From: Candidatus Fimenecus sp.
Lineage (GTDB): Bacteria; Bacillota; Clostridia; Oscillospirales; Acutalibacteraceae
Length of the DNA stretch: 55,863 nt
Assembly (NCBI GenBank): GCA_051881395.1
Contig: JBJEPU010000074.1
Span: 1 to 55,863, forward strand
Direction: 5' to 3'
Shown: piece by piece, positions 8,774 to 18,600 of the stretch
How positions within the stretch are numbered: position 1 is the first letter of the stretch
Layout: each line of letters starts with the position of its first letter
Notes under the pieces: generated by a model
Seen by the model: the letters and a program-made list of their open reading frames with translations, nothing else
Database searches by the model: none
Told to the model about the DNA's origin: nothing
Program-made: the position numbers and the translations under genes

Positions 8774-9556
8774 TCACTTTAAAATACGCACAGCGGTGCG
8801 CTTGATTGCGTGATACGCTTTACAATACAGGCGTCGCAGCGGTGTGAGTTGTGCGATATATTCTTCCAGAATCGCGTTCTTTGCCGCTCTGCATTCCTCC
8901 GGAGGGCGCGCAGACAACCCATTCGGCTTTCGACGATACGCCGTACCATATGCAAAAGTACAGTAAAACGGCAACTGCTTCGCCAATTTGATTAAAAAGT
9001 CATAATCTTCATATAAACAGGAAGATTCATCATACAAACCTGCATCCAATGCCGCCTGCCGCGGATAACAACAATCCCGCATAACGGTTTTTGTGATACG
9101 CTCCGCCACAAGCGCCATATAAACATTTCCCTCAAAATAATCCCGACGCTTATAATCCAAATACCGAATAATCTGATTGTCCACATCACAGTACACAAGT
9201 TTGGAATAGGTCAACACATTGCCGCCCTTTTCCGCCATAAGCCGCATCTCATTTTCCAACTTATGGGGATTATAATAGAAATCGTCCCCGTCCAATGTGG
9301 TGACATATTCGCCTGTTGCCGCCAAAATACCAACATTGCGCGCATGCGAAACGCCCCCGTTTTCCGGCAGATAAATGCCGCGCACCGTTTCGTACTGTGT
9401 TTCATAGCGGCGAATGATCTCCCGTGAAGCATCGGTGGAGCAATCATCCACCACGATAATTTCCGCAGGCTGAAATGTCTGTGCCAACACGCTGTCCAGA
9501 CAGGTCTCCAAAAAACGCAAATTATTATAATTTGGAATAATTACAGACAGTGTCAT
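8774..9556 (-). CDS. Family 2 glycosyltransferase
   Basis: SVIIPNYNNLRFLETCLDSVLAQT...VVDDCSTD...LDGDD are GT-A/GT2 signatures. There is an ATGA overlap with the upstream gene. Confidence 0.85.
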   Translation of the reverse strand: MTLSVIIPNYNNLRFLETCLDSVLAQTFQPAEIIVVDDCSTDASREIIRRYETQYETVRGIYLPENGGVSHARNVGILAATGEYVTTLDGDDFYYNPHKLENEMRLMAEKGGNVLTYSKLVYCDVDNQIIRYLDYKRRDYFEGNVYMALVAERITKTVMRDCCYPRQAALDAGLYDESSCLYEDYDFLIKLAKQLPFYCTFAYGTAYRRKPNGLSARPPEECRAAKNAILEEYIAQLTPLRRLYCKAYHAIKRTAVRILK

Positions 9557-10848
9557 ACGCGATTCCTCCGCATAAAATCGCTTTCCGATGCAATCGGTCG
9601 GTTGCTAACCAACAATACCGTATAGAAAACCGCCATCACAAACGAACTTTTAAACGGCAGCCAAATCATCGGGCTTTCCAAAAGCACCAGCAAAGCCAAA
9701 AGATAATAGGCAAAAGACTTCTGGGTGCACTGTGTACGGTAATTCCAATTTGCGCAAAATATGATAAGCGCCAAACAGATACCGGCAAATATCGGTCCGG
9801 CAACGCCGAAATCTGTTTGGAAAAAGTAATACATCGTCGGCATCGCGTTAAAGGAATAATCACCAATCAGGTAAAAGTCCGCCAGCAAGTTGCCGATTTC
9901 ATTTTGCGCAGTCACGGCATCCGTCAACCCTAAAAAACGTCCAAGAGAAATAAATGGGTCCCAAAGTCCTGCCAAAACGGAACGGCCGTTGGAATGCACA
10001 GCAAAACGCTCCTTTTGGAGCAATACCGAATAATACTTAAACGAACCGGTAAAATTCACCGCGATGGTTTCTGCAATGGTTGCCAAAAAGCCGGTATTGC
10101 TGTTTCCGGTACGCCCCGCTGTAATATTCACCGCGCCGATGGCACCGGCACCGCCGACAAGCAATGCTTTCACGCCGGAGGACAGCCGTGATCGGCTCTG
10201 TTTGTTTAAAAGCAGGGACAAAATAACCAGCAATACCCACTCAAACAAAATCATTCTGCCGCCGCTGACGAATGCACGCATAACGATGTTAAACAGCATA
10301 ACCAGCAATGTAAATACAGAATACTGCCGTTTGACCATATTCAGAGAAAATACAATTTCCGTCACCAAAATAATCGGGTCAATAATATAAACCAATGCAA
10401 GATACTCGGCGTTGGAACTTAAATATTCCATTGAAAAATACCGCTTACGGACTTCGCTGTATGCACCGCCCGACAGTAAATATTGCACCAGCGTCACGCC
10501 TTTGATGACATAGTAAACCGCAATGGCCAATTGCAAAAACAGCATCAGACGCTTTTTAAACTTTTCATTCAAGAATACCTTTCGTTTATAAGTTGGCACA
10601 TCCCGTAGCAATACACCGCGAACAAAAGATAAAAGTATCCCGAGCAGGTTGCATACAACGCCGCCTAACAAGAAAATCTGATACACCTGATCACTCGTTT
10701 TCCCGATACCGAAATACCCTATACAGGAAATACCGATTAAAAATGTCCATATGAAATTGAATAGCACGAAGGGGTTTGAGAGTTTTCTGTAAATCAATAC
10801 AGAAAAGACCAGCATACACGCATAGCCCCCGAAAGCAAGAATTTGCAT
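9553..10848 (-). CDS. Wzy-type oligosaccharide repeat-unit polymerase (polytopic membrane protein)
   Basis: 431 aa with more than 10 hydrophobic segments and no soluble domain. Its position is between glycosyltransferases in a Wzx-containing locus. The assignment rests on context and topology. Confidence 0.6.
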   Translation of the reverse strand: MQILAFGGYACMLVFSVLIYRKLSNPFVLFNFIWTFLIGISCIGYFGIGKTSDQVYQIFLLGGVVCNLLGILLSFVRGVLLRDVPTYKRKVFLNEKFKKRLMLFLQLAIAVYYVIKGVTLVQYLLSGGAYSEVRKRYFSMEYLSSNAEYLALVYIIDPIILVTEIVFSLNMVKRQYSVFTLLVMLFNIVMRAFVSGGRMILFEWVLLVILSLLLNKQSRSRLSSGVKALLVGGAGAIGAVNITAGRTGNSNTGFLATIAETIAVNFTGSFKYYSVLLQKERFAVHSNGRSVLAGLWDPFISLGRFLGLTDAVTAQNEIGNLLADFYLIGDYSFNAMPTMYYFFQTDFGVAGPIFAGICLALIIFCANWNYRTQCTQKSFAYYLLALLVLLESPMIWLPFKSSFVMAVFYTVLLVSNRPIASESDFMRRNRV

Positions 10849-10854
10849 AAATAT

Positions 10855-12066
10855 TTACCTACCGTTTGAATTGAAGACATCTAAAATCTTTTGGGTTTGT
10901 ATCAAGTAGTTCTTTTGCTCAAATGCAAAACATTTTGCGCGTTCACCGATTTGCGCCCGTTGCTGCGGTGACATTCGAAAAACCTCTTGAATTTTTTCTG
11001 CCAGTTTCTCCACCGAGGTATCCTGCGGATACAGAATATAGGCATCATATTCGCTTGGAACGCCGTCCAGTTTGTATGCGATAACAGGATTTCCCGACAG
11101 CATATACTCCAAGATTTTTGAGGGGAAAGAATACTTGGTAAACGCATCTGTATTCGGACGCGGGTTCACAAGCACCGTTGCCGCCTGCTGTTCCCAAAAC
11201 AATCTTTCGCGATTGATTTCGGCATAATAATGAATACGCGTATCGGTTTGGGCAGCCTCTTCCACCGCCTTCGCCGCCTCCCCGTTGCCGTAAAAAACAA
11301 ACTGCGCGTCTGTGTCGGGGATTTGTTGGATTGCTTCGAGCAAGGTAGGTATTCCGTATCGATTTTGCATCGTACCGGAATACAACAACCGTTTCGGAGC
11401 GCGTTGCACCTCGGAATAAGTGATATACCTTCGGTTTGCAATGCCTTCCACCACCGTATAGGGCTTGCGGTCAGGATTCAGCACTTCATTCATATGCTCC
11501 GTCAAAAACACATACCGATCTGCCGACCGATTGTGCTTATGAAACAGGTAGGAGGATACCTTGACGCTGACACGGTGATACAGGCTCTTTTTACTTTGCA
11601 ATCCCATATACTCCGGCAGGTCTGCCACCACCAGGCAAACATCCAAATCAAACTGCCGTTTCAGCTTGGTCACCGCCATTAAAAACGGAAAATAAGCAGA
11701 ATACACAATCAACTTTGTTTTTTCGCCGCGATGCTGTTTCAAAAAACTACGCATTTCCCGCACAATGGAATGATATTTTGAAAAGTGTTGTATACCCTTT
11801 CCATACACAAACGGAATATTGATATGCGTTTCGCCGTCCTGTTCCCATTGCGTTCGTTTAATTTTGCGTATACCTCGAATATGACTCGGCAGAAAGAAAG
11901 TATTAAAAACTTTTACGGAATGCCCCCTGTGTGCAGTCAGCCCATCCAAAATATTCTTTTCCAATGCGTCGGATGCCGTCTGCGGAATGTATCCGCAAAT
12001 TTCTATGATTTCACTTTGCAGTTGTTCGGGAAAAATCCCGCCTAAAAAACAAATGTTACTTTCCAA
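10855..12066 (-). CDS. GT-B fold glycosyltransferase
   Basis: TTG start with an AGGTGA RBS. The C-terminal YSFPSKILEYMLSGNPVIAY motif is typical of the nucleotide-sugar binding half of GT-B enzymes. Confidence 0.7.
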   Translation of the reverse strand: MESNICFLGGIFPEQLQSEIIEICGYIPQTASDALEKNILDGLTAHRGHSVKVFNTFFLPSHIRGIRKIKRTQWEQDGETHINIPFVYGKGIQHFSKYHSIVREMRSFLKQHRGEKTKLIVYSAYFPFLMAVTKLKRQFDLDVCLVVADLPEYMGLQSKKSLYHRVSVKVSSYLFHKHNRSADRYVFLTEHMNEVLNPDRKPYTVVEGIANRRYITYSEVQRAPKRLLYSGTMQNRYGIPTLLEAIQQIPDTDAQFVFYGNGEAAKAVEEAAQTDTRIHYYAEINRERLFWEQQAATVLVNPRPNTDAFTKYSFPSKILEYMLSGNPVIAYKLDGVPSEYDAYILYPQDTSVEKLAEKIQEVFRMSPQQRAQIGERAKCFAFEQKNYLIQTQKILDVFNSNGR

Positions 12067-12108
12067 AAAATCACCTAAATAAAAATTTGATACTATGTAA
12101 AGTGTACC

Positions 12109-13101
12109 TTATCTATGCATTTTGCGTACACATTTTACAAACAAACGGTAATACCCTTCAATCGGGAACAAAAACATAGACGCCTTAATGAAGAACTGTT
12201 TCAACGGTCTGCGCGGCCGCAGACTGTATAAAAGCGGTTTGTACGGATAAAAGCCCTCCGCTTTCAATTCTGCCAAATACGCGTTTAGCTCTGCATCCGT
12301 CGGGCACATCATTGCCTTTTCAAATAAATAGTATTGTGCTGAAAAGCGAACACGCGCCAAAAAATGCTTTGCTGTTTTTTCGTCGTACTGTCCGCTTTGT
12401 GCCTCTTTCGTATACAGACGGCAAAAGTGCAAAAATCCGTTGGCACGAGCAGTTCTCGTCTTTTTGGAACTGCTGTGGCTCAGGGAATCCGCACGCATAC
12501 GCTGATAATAGGTAAAACTGTTTACACCGACTGTTTTTTCGGAGAAAAGACGGATATACAAAAGCAATTCAGCGTCCGCAGCAGGTCCTGCCTCCACATC
12601 CCAACAAATATTGTGGGCATCCATCATACTTTTTCGGAATATTTTGGCGCCGCCCCCGGCAAAATCCGGCTTCTTGATTGGTTCGTAAGTCAACTGTTTT
12701 TCCCGACAAATCGTTTTGTAATCCGTATCTGCCGGAATTTTTTGGTTTCTGCCGGAGAGAAAATCGATTTGATAGGTATCCATCCAATGAACAATACTGC
12801 CAAAACAGTCATTGTCCACAATATCGTCGGAATTAAAATACCAAATATATGTGCCGCGTGCTAAAGCGTACCCGTTGTTTTGCGCCGCACAATACCCTTG
12901 ATTTTCCTGATGCAGAACTTGAATGTTTTTATGTTGTGCTTTATATTCTTCCAAAATGGACGGACTGTCGTCCACGGAACCGTCATTCACGCAGATAATT
13001 TCATACGCATCTGCCGATAAATCCTGATTTAACAGCGAATCCAGACAATCTCGCAAATAAGGAGCGCTGTTGTATACCGGAACAATAACAGAAAGTTTCA
13101 T
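12109..13101 (-). CDS. Family 2 glycosyltransferase
   Basis: Strong AAAGGAGGAG RBS. SVIVPVYNSAPYLRDCLDSLLNQ...VNDGSVDDS...SDD are GT2 signatures. Confidence 0.85.
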   Translation of the reverse strand: MKLSVIVPVYNSAPYLRDCLDSLLNQDLSADAYEIICVNDGSVDDSPSILEEYKAQHKNIQVLHQENQGYCAAQNNGYALARGTYIWYFNSDDIVDNDCFGSIVHWMDTYQIDFLSGRNQKIPADTDYKTICREKQLTYEPIKKPDFAGGGAKIFRKSMMDAHNICWDVEAGPAADAELLLYIRLFSEKTVGVNSFTYYQRMRADSLSHSSSKKTRTARANGFLHFCRLYTKEAQSGQYDEKTAKHFLARVRFSAQYYLFEKAMMCPTDAELNAYLAELKAEGFYPYKPLLYSLRPRRPLKQFFIKASMFLFPIEGYYRLFVKCVRKMHR

Positions 13102-13112
13102 TTTCTCCTCCT

Positions 13113-14645
13113 TTAAACACGGTGAAGTTTATTCGTAAATTTACCGACCATTGTACGAATTTGCTGTTTTTCCGCCGCATTCAAACCAAACCAAAGCATA
13201 CAAATTGCATAGGCTACGCACATACTTCCGCAGTTTAAGACCAGTCCCAACCAGCCGAACGCGGAAAAATGTAATTGTTTTATCAAAACACCAAACAGTG
13301 CGCTTATCCCCAGTGCCGGCAAAACGCCGCGGAGCAAATGCACATAGTACGCACGCATAGAAATGCCAATATCCTTCTTGAACACGATGTTCATCACAAC
13401 AACATCGCCGAGCAGCATAGATACCCCTGTTCCGACCGCCGCCCCTAACAGCGGGTTCCAATATACAATCAGAACGGCTGTCAGCGCCAAATTCAAAACA
13501 GCGACAACAATTTTTAAAATTGCCTGTACCAGTGCTTTCCCCTGTGCCCAAAGGATTTGTGATCCAATAGACTGCGTCAACGAAAACACCATCGGCGTTA
13601 AAATAATCACCGCTACAAAGTAGGCTTGCGCGTTTTGCTCCCCTGCCCACAGGCAAATAAAATCGCGCCCAAACACGGCAAACACCGCATAAATCAATGC
13701 CAAAATCATAAAAATCCATCGCCCGATGCGCACCATTTCCTTTTGCAGTTGCTGCGGCGGTGCATGGCTTTCAACTTGCCTGACTACACCGGGCATCAAT
13801 ACGCCGTTCATATTGCCGGCGAAACTTTGATAATAATGGGTCACCTGCGCCCCCACGGCATAAATGCCCAAAATCGCGGCAGACGACTTGACCAACGCGC
13901 CAATTAGGACTTGGTCTGCCATAGCGTTAATTTGCGTGGCAACCATTTGCACCAAAATAATCGAAGAATACGAAAACACTTCTTTTACAAAACTCTTTTC
14001 GACACCGCGTAAGGTTGGACGAAAATGCAATTTGATAAATCCGTAGGCAACATAAAAAATATTGATTAGTATCGTTAAAACCAAATTGACTGCAACCACC
14101 GCGATACTTTTATAGCCGAGGAACAATAACGCCAAACAAACAATCACGCGCAAAACAATCTGTACCATTAAAACTACCTTGGAAAGTACAAATTGTTCGT
14201 AAGCAACCAAAGCCTTACCGAAACTCTTGCCGCAAAACTGTACAACGGTAATCGCAACGGTCAGCGTCAGCAAAATGCGGCTTAATCGAATTTCCTCCGC
14301 AGAAAGGCCTTTCGCAAAAACATACGGAAAAATCAGATTGAGTATCCCGCCCAAAACAAGCAACAGCGCAGAGATGATTGCATAAAAGGCTGTACTGACG
14401 CCGATGAATTGATTTTGCTTTTCGCGGTCATTTAAAACACGGTATTTGGAAAGATAGCGTACCAAAGAGTTACCGACGCCAAGGTCCAGTAGTGTCAAAT
14501 AGGTTGTAATGGTATACACCAAACTGTAAACGCCGTACTCGGACTGCCCGAGCATCCGAATCAGAATAGGGGTATACACCAAACTGGACAGCGTTTCAAC
14601 CACCGTCAGTATGTATGAAAACAAAACACCTTTTTTTCGACTCAT
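13113..14645 (-). CDS. Oligosaccharide flippase (Wzx, MOP superfamily), copy A
   Basis: Start trimmed to MSRKKGV (ATG 14643-14645, GGTGAG RBS). It is polytopic, and LGQSEYGVYSLVYTITTYLTLLDLGVGNSLVRY is typical of Wzx proteins. Confidence 0.8.
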   Translation of the reverse strand: MSRKKGVLFSYILTVVETLSSLVYTPILIRMLGQSEYGVYSLVYTITTYLTLLDLGVGNSLVRYLSKYRVLNDREKQNQFIGVSTAFYAIISALLLVLGGILNLIFPYVFAKGLSAEEIRLSRILLTLTVAITVVQFCGKSFGKALVAYEQFVLSKVVLMVQIVLRVIVCLALLFLGYKSIAVVAVNLVLTILINIFYVAYGFIKLHFRPTLRGVEKSFVKEVFSYSSIILVQMVATQINAMADQVLIGALVKSSAAILGIYAVGAQVTHYYQSFAGNMNGVLMPGVVRQVESHAPPQQLQKEMVRIGRWIFMILALIYAVFAVFGRDFICLWAGEQNAQAYFVAVIILTPMVFSLTQSIGSQILWAQGKALVQAILKIVVAVLNLALTAVLIVYWNPLLGAAVGTGVSMLLGDVVVMNIVFKKDIGISMRAYYVHLLRGVLPALGISALFGVLIKQLHFSAFGWLGLVLNCGSMCVAYAICMLWFGLNAAEKQQIRTMVGKFTNKLHRV

Positions 14646-14670
14646 ACTCTCACCATAATTTTTCACTGAC

Positions 14671-15222
14671 TTACTCGGCAGGGATATCCTCCCGATATTT
14701 TATCACCTTTGCCGGAACGCCTACCGCAATCGCGTGCGGCGGAATTGTACCCTTTACAAGACCTTTGGCGCCAATCACAGCGCCGTTGCCGATTTTACTG
14801 CCCTTTAACACGGTAACATTTGCCGCAAGCCACACATCTTCGCCGATAGTTATCGGTTCGACGTCGTGTTTCTGCTCGCGTATCAGCTTATCCGGCTGCA
14901 TACCGTGGTCGCAGTCAATCAGATAACTTTGCGCGGCAATCATTGTATTACTTCCAATGGTAATTCCCTCTTTTGACAGAGCAGCGATAATCGTACCGTT
15001 CCCGATACTTACATTATCTCCAATGGTAATCGGACCGTCGCCGAATAGCATCACATCCGGATAAAAAGTCACATTCTTGCCAATCGTAATGTTGGGATTA
15101 ATTAAAGTCATATGCCCCCGAATGACAAAATTCTTGTGTTTACAGTGTGTTTTCGCACGAAAGACCGCCTTTCGGTACTCCCGCAATATTTTTTGAATTA
15201 ATCGGTCAAGATACAGTATCAT
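14671..15222 (-). CDS. Hexapeptide-repeat (LbH) acetyltransferase
   Basis: Start trimmed to MILYLDRL (ATG 15220-15222, AAGGGG RBS), which removes the overlap with the upstream gene. It has repeated [LIV]-G-x4 hexads (ITIGDNVSIGNGTII, ITIGEDVWLAANVTV). Confidence 0.8.
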   Translation of the reverse strand: MILYLDRLIQKILREYRKAVFRAKTHCKHKNFVIRGHMTLINPNITIGKNVTFYPDVMLFGDGPITIGDNVSIGNGTIIAALSKEGITIGSNTMIAAQSYLIDCDHGMQPDKLIREQKHDVEPITIGEDVWLAANVTVLKGSKIGNGAVIGAKGLVKGTIPPHAIAVGVPAKVIKYREDIPAE

Positions 15223-15233
15223 AAAAACGCCCC

Positions 15234-16295
15234 TTAAAAGAATTGAATAAATCCGCTGTTCGAGGACAAAAAGAAATATGCCGTAAAAACACACACCATC
15301 AAGCCGTATACTATACTCCTTTGGTGCTTCACCGTTGACGGTGTTTCCATTACGGTATTCGGTATGGCAATTATCGTTAGCACGCCGAAATAATTACTGA
15401 TGCGGAACATTTCCGCAAACATAAAACTGGAGTACGCATAAGGAAGCAGACTAAACAGGCAAAGCGCAGCTGACGCATTCAATACCGCATCCGACTGTAT
15501 AGGCTTTCGCCCGTACAGCAAGCAAAAAACACAGATACAGGCCATAATCAAAAATCCCGTCAATGACAGAACGGTTTCCAATTCTTCATAGACTTGATAC
15601 TGCTCCGGTGCGAACTCACTCCAACGGCTCATGAGTGGCTGTGCCGTAATCCGTGCAAACAAATACAAGAACGGTATAGTCAAAACATAAAGCGGTCGCA
15701 TTTTCAGTTTAGACAGCGGATACGCCAGTAAAAACAGAAGCGCCGACAGGTGAAATAAGGACGCAATCGCGACGCAAAGCACAAACCGCACCGGTTTTTT
15801 TCGCACAACATAATCAAAAGACAACAAAATCAGTGCAATGGCAATCGATTGCCGAATCGCGGTGAGGGAAAAGTAATAATGCCCCAATATAATATAAAGG
15901 AGAAAACTGAAATAGGGTTCTTTGGAATACAAGTACACAAAACGGCACAGCACCGTAAAGTAGAACACACTGATTAACGCAAAGAACACGGTGTAACTGA
16001 CGCCGGCTTTTGAAAAAATCGCCGCAAGAATGGTGTAGGTTACATCCTTGCCGTCGCCGGTTACCAACTGTTGCCAATACAACGAAATATCCGCATTACG
16101 CAAACGGATGTATTGCAAGGCATACAGCTCCACATCGCTGGTAAAATCTGTTCCGCGCGAAACCGCAAAAGTAAACAGTACAATACCGCAAAGCAAAATA
16201 TAAAATTTTCTTTGGTTTCTGGAAGTGTTGCATTTTAAAAGCAGGCGCAGAAGCCCGAAAAGTGCAATCAACCCCAAAAATACTGCATACCGCAT
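15234..16295 (-). CDS. EpsG-family polytopic membrane protein (Wzy-class polymerase)
   Basis: 353 aa and entirely hydrophobic. Its size and pattern resemble the EpsG family, and it lies just upstream of an acetyltransferase and Wzx copy A. Confidence 0.6.
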   Translation of the reverse strand: MRYAVFLGLIALFGLLRLLLKCNTSRNQRKFYILLCGIVLFTFAVSRGTDFTSDVELYALQYIRLRNADISLYWQQLVTGDGKDVTYTILAAIFSKAGVSYTVFFALISVFYFTVLCRFVYLYSKEPYFSFLLYIILGHYYFSLTAIRQSIAIALILLSFDYVVRKKPVRFVLCVAIASLFHLSALLFLLAYPLSKLKMRPLYVLTIPFLYLFARITAQPLMSRWSEFAPEQYQVYEELETVLSLTGFLIMACICVFCLLYGRKPIQSDAVLNASAALCLFSLLPYAYSSFMFAEMFRISNYFGVLTIIAIPNTVMETPSTVKHQRSIVYGLMVCVFTAYFFLSSNSGFIQFF

Positions 16296-16306
16296 TTACC
16301 TTCTCC

Positions 16307-17458
16307 TCAAAATTTAAAAATCTGTTTGATGCGCATCCGCATTCTGCGCGGATTTTTAAAATACATATCGGCGAGTTTGTGAAAGCCGTATTCGTCTAAT
16401 TGTGCATAAACCGTATCCCGTATTTCGGGGCGTTTACACGGTTCAAAAAAATTGATGTTCTGCACGGTCACCTGTTCCATCGTGGCGGGAACTGCCGCAA
16501 ACGCGCTTTGCACAGCGCCGAACAGGCGTTTGCCTTTTTCGGTATTGGCAATGACTGCGGAACAGCCCTGCGAGGTCTGCAAATCCGGCAAAACCTTTTC
16601 CACGCCCCAAAAATCCGCCAAGGTTAAGTCCCCCGGACGCGCGGTTTTGGTGTACGGGCATCGGTAACAACTCTCCCGTAGGATTTTGCCGCGCAAAAAC
16701 GCGAAGAAATACGGAGACAGCCCCGCCGGAACATAATGCCGCTTCGTCTTGCCGTTCTTTTCTATGTCATAGCGCAAGGTAATTGACCAACCGTTTTTTT
16801 CTTTATCGCGAAAGCGGATATCCGTAAGCCTGCCGCCGTGTTTTTTCTCCAAAAAATCTACATATGCCTGAAACATTTTATCGGACGGCACGCCGTGACA
16901 CAGCAAATCCACCGTGTAAAGATTTTCATACGCCTTTTGCAGATACAAGCGCAAACCCGCAACTTGACAGGGTGTGCCGACAAACAACACAACCGTGCCC
17001 TTTTGCAACAAATCACGCACCTGTGCAAAACTGTCTTGCATTTCGCTTTGAATATATTTGGAACCCATCAACTTCGGCAAATCTGCAATATCGTTTACAA
17101 ATGTATGCCGCAAAACACGGTCATCGTCCAGCGCGGCGCCAAACACCGCACCGCCTTGTGCAAGAATGTTTTCCGCCAAAGCATAAAACACACCGCCCGA
17201 AGAACTCGCGCGCAGTGTTTCGGAAGAATTGTGTATTGCCGCGAAGCACTGTTGCTTGTCTGTTTGCAGCGGGAAGTGTTCCAGCGGGCAAACTTTTTCG
17301 CACAACCCGCAGTTTATGCACTTTTCAAAATCGGCAGACGGGTATAAAAATCCCTCTTCGGTTTTGCGCATATGCAGGCACGCGGTTGGGCACGCTTGTA
17401 CACATGCCGAACAACCGCAACAATCTGCCGAATTTTGCTTTTGCAGATAAAGATTCAT
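16307..17458 (-). CDS. FrhB/FdhB-like (coenzyme F420 hydrogenase beta-subunit family) protein with N-terminal 2x[4Fe-4S] ferredoxin domain
   Basis: CGCSACVQACPTAC and CINCGLCEKVCP cluster motifs, followed by SSSGGVF...GTPCQVAGL...DLLCHGVPS, typical of FrhB_FdhB N/C domains. Confidence 0.8.
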   Translation of the reverse strand: MNLYLQKQNSADCCGCSACVQACPTACLHMRKTEEGFLYPSADFEKCINCGLCEKVCPLEHFPLQTDKQQCFAAIHNSSETLRASSSGGVFYALAENILAQGGAVFGAALDDDRVLRHTFVNDIADLPKLMGSKYIQSEMQDSFAQVRDLLQKGTVVLFVGTPCQVAGLRLYLQKAYENLYTVDLLCHGVPSDKMFQAYVDFLEKKHGGRLTDIRFRDKEKNGWSITLRYDIEKNGKTKRHYVPAGLSPYFFAFLRGKILRESCYRCPYTKTARPGDLTLADFWGVEKVLPDLQTSQGCSAVIANTEKGKRLFGAVQSAFAAVPATMEQVTVQNINFFEPCKRPEIRDTVYAQLDEYGFHKLADMYFKNPRRMRMRIKQIFKF

Positions 17459-17460
17459 CT

Positions 17461-18600
17461 TTACACCTCAGTTGCTTGTAAGGTTTCCGTTAAATACTTG
17501 CGGGAGTCTGCCCGCAATTCCTCTAATTTTTCCTTTGCCGATTCCATATGGAAAGGCTGTTCCAAAGAAAGCGTTTGCAAAGCGTTCGGCAACACGAAAC
17601 GGTCGGAAAGCCCTAGCTTGTCCAGCAAATCGGTAATCCGCGACGACTGTTTAAACGCCGCTTCACTGTACCGCGGGAACGCAAAAAACGGAGTTTCAAA
17701 AATCAGTGAAAATGCCGTGCCGTGAAAAGAATCGGTCAGCACCAGCCGCGCATTGCGCACCAAATTGATAAATGCAAAGGGGTCCGCCTTGCTAAACAGG
17801 CTGTTCTCCGCTTCGTTAAAACCGTTTTCATACGGCAGATACCGCAGTTGCAAGCCGTTTCGGCGCGCGAAATCCACAGCGGCATTCTTAACATCTTCCG
17901 CAGGCGGATTTAAAAAATAACAAAGAACATACGGTTCGGGATTGTCCTGCGTACGCGATTGCCAAAAGGCGTCCGGCATCAACAGCGTGGGATCGAGTAC
18001 CACGGGTGCATCTATCCCCGTCAATTCGGCAATCAACCGTTTGCCGCTTTCCTCCCGCACAGACAACGCGCGCATCGCACGCAGATTGTGGCGGATTTCG
18101 CGGCGGTTATATGCGGGAACATAGGAAACACCGAAACTCGGCGCATAGGACAGCCGTTTCGCAGGCGGCGCAAACAAAAGAAATTTGTGCGGTTTCAGGT
18201 CGATCCCCAACGGTGACCAAATCTGGTCACTGCCCGCCAAAAATGCCATGTACTCCTCGGTTTTTGCCAAACGCTTTAAGTCGGAATACGAAATTTTCCG
18301 CACCGGCAAATGCGCCTGCACCGCCGCATCAAATGCGGTTTTCACAGAAGCATCCAAAGCAGAAATTGTGCCGCGCCCCATCACACGCAATTTTTGGATT
18401 AACGGGATACTGCGCGGGTAACGCACCATTTTCAAAAGCATTTTTGCTTTGATAACATACTGCGTCCGTTTGGGATAGGTTATATCCAAAAGTTCAGCGT
18501 CAAAGCCGTTTTCCCGCAAGGCATGCACCATGGAATATGCCTGTAAAAACGAGCCGTAATTGTAGATTTTAAAATAGGTTACAATGCCGATTTTTTTCAT
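17461..18600 (-). CDS. Polysaccharide pyruvyl transferase family protein
   Basis: MKKIGIVTYFKIYNYGSFLQAYSM at the N-terminus and SDQIW / TDSFHG blocks are typical of PS_pyruv_trans (CsaB/WcaK-like). Confidence 0.8.
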   Translation of the reverse strand: MKKIGIVTYFKIYNYGSFLQAYSMVHALRENGFDAELLDITYPKRTQYVIKAKMLLKMVRYPRSIPLIQKLRVMGRGTISALDASVKTAFDAAVQAHLPVRKISYSDLKRLAKTEEYMAFLAGSDQIWSPLGIDLKPHKFLLFAPPAKRLSYAPSFGVSYVPAYNRREIRHNLRAMRALSVREESGKRLIAELTGIDAPVVLDPTLLMPDAFWQSRTQDNPEPYVLCYFLNPPAEDVKNAAVDFARRNGLQLRYLPYENGFNEAENSLFSKADPFAFINLVRNARLVLTDSFHGTAFSLIFETPFFAFPRYSEAAFKQSSRITDLLDKLGLSDRFVLPNALQTLSLEQPFHMESAKEKLEELRADSRKYLTETLQATEV

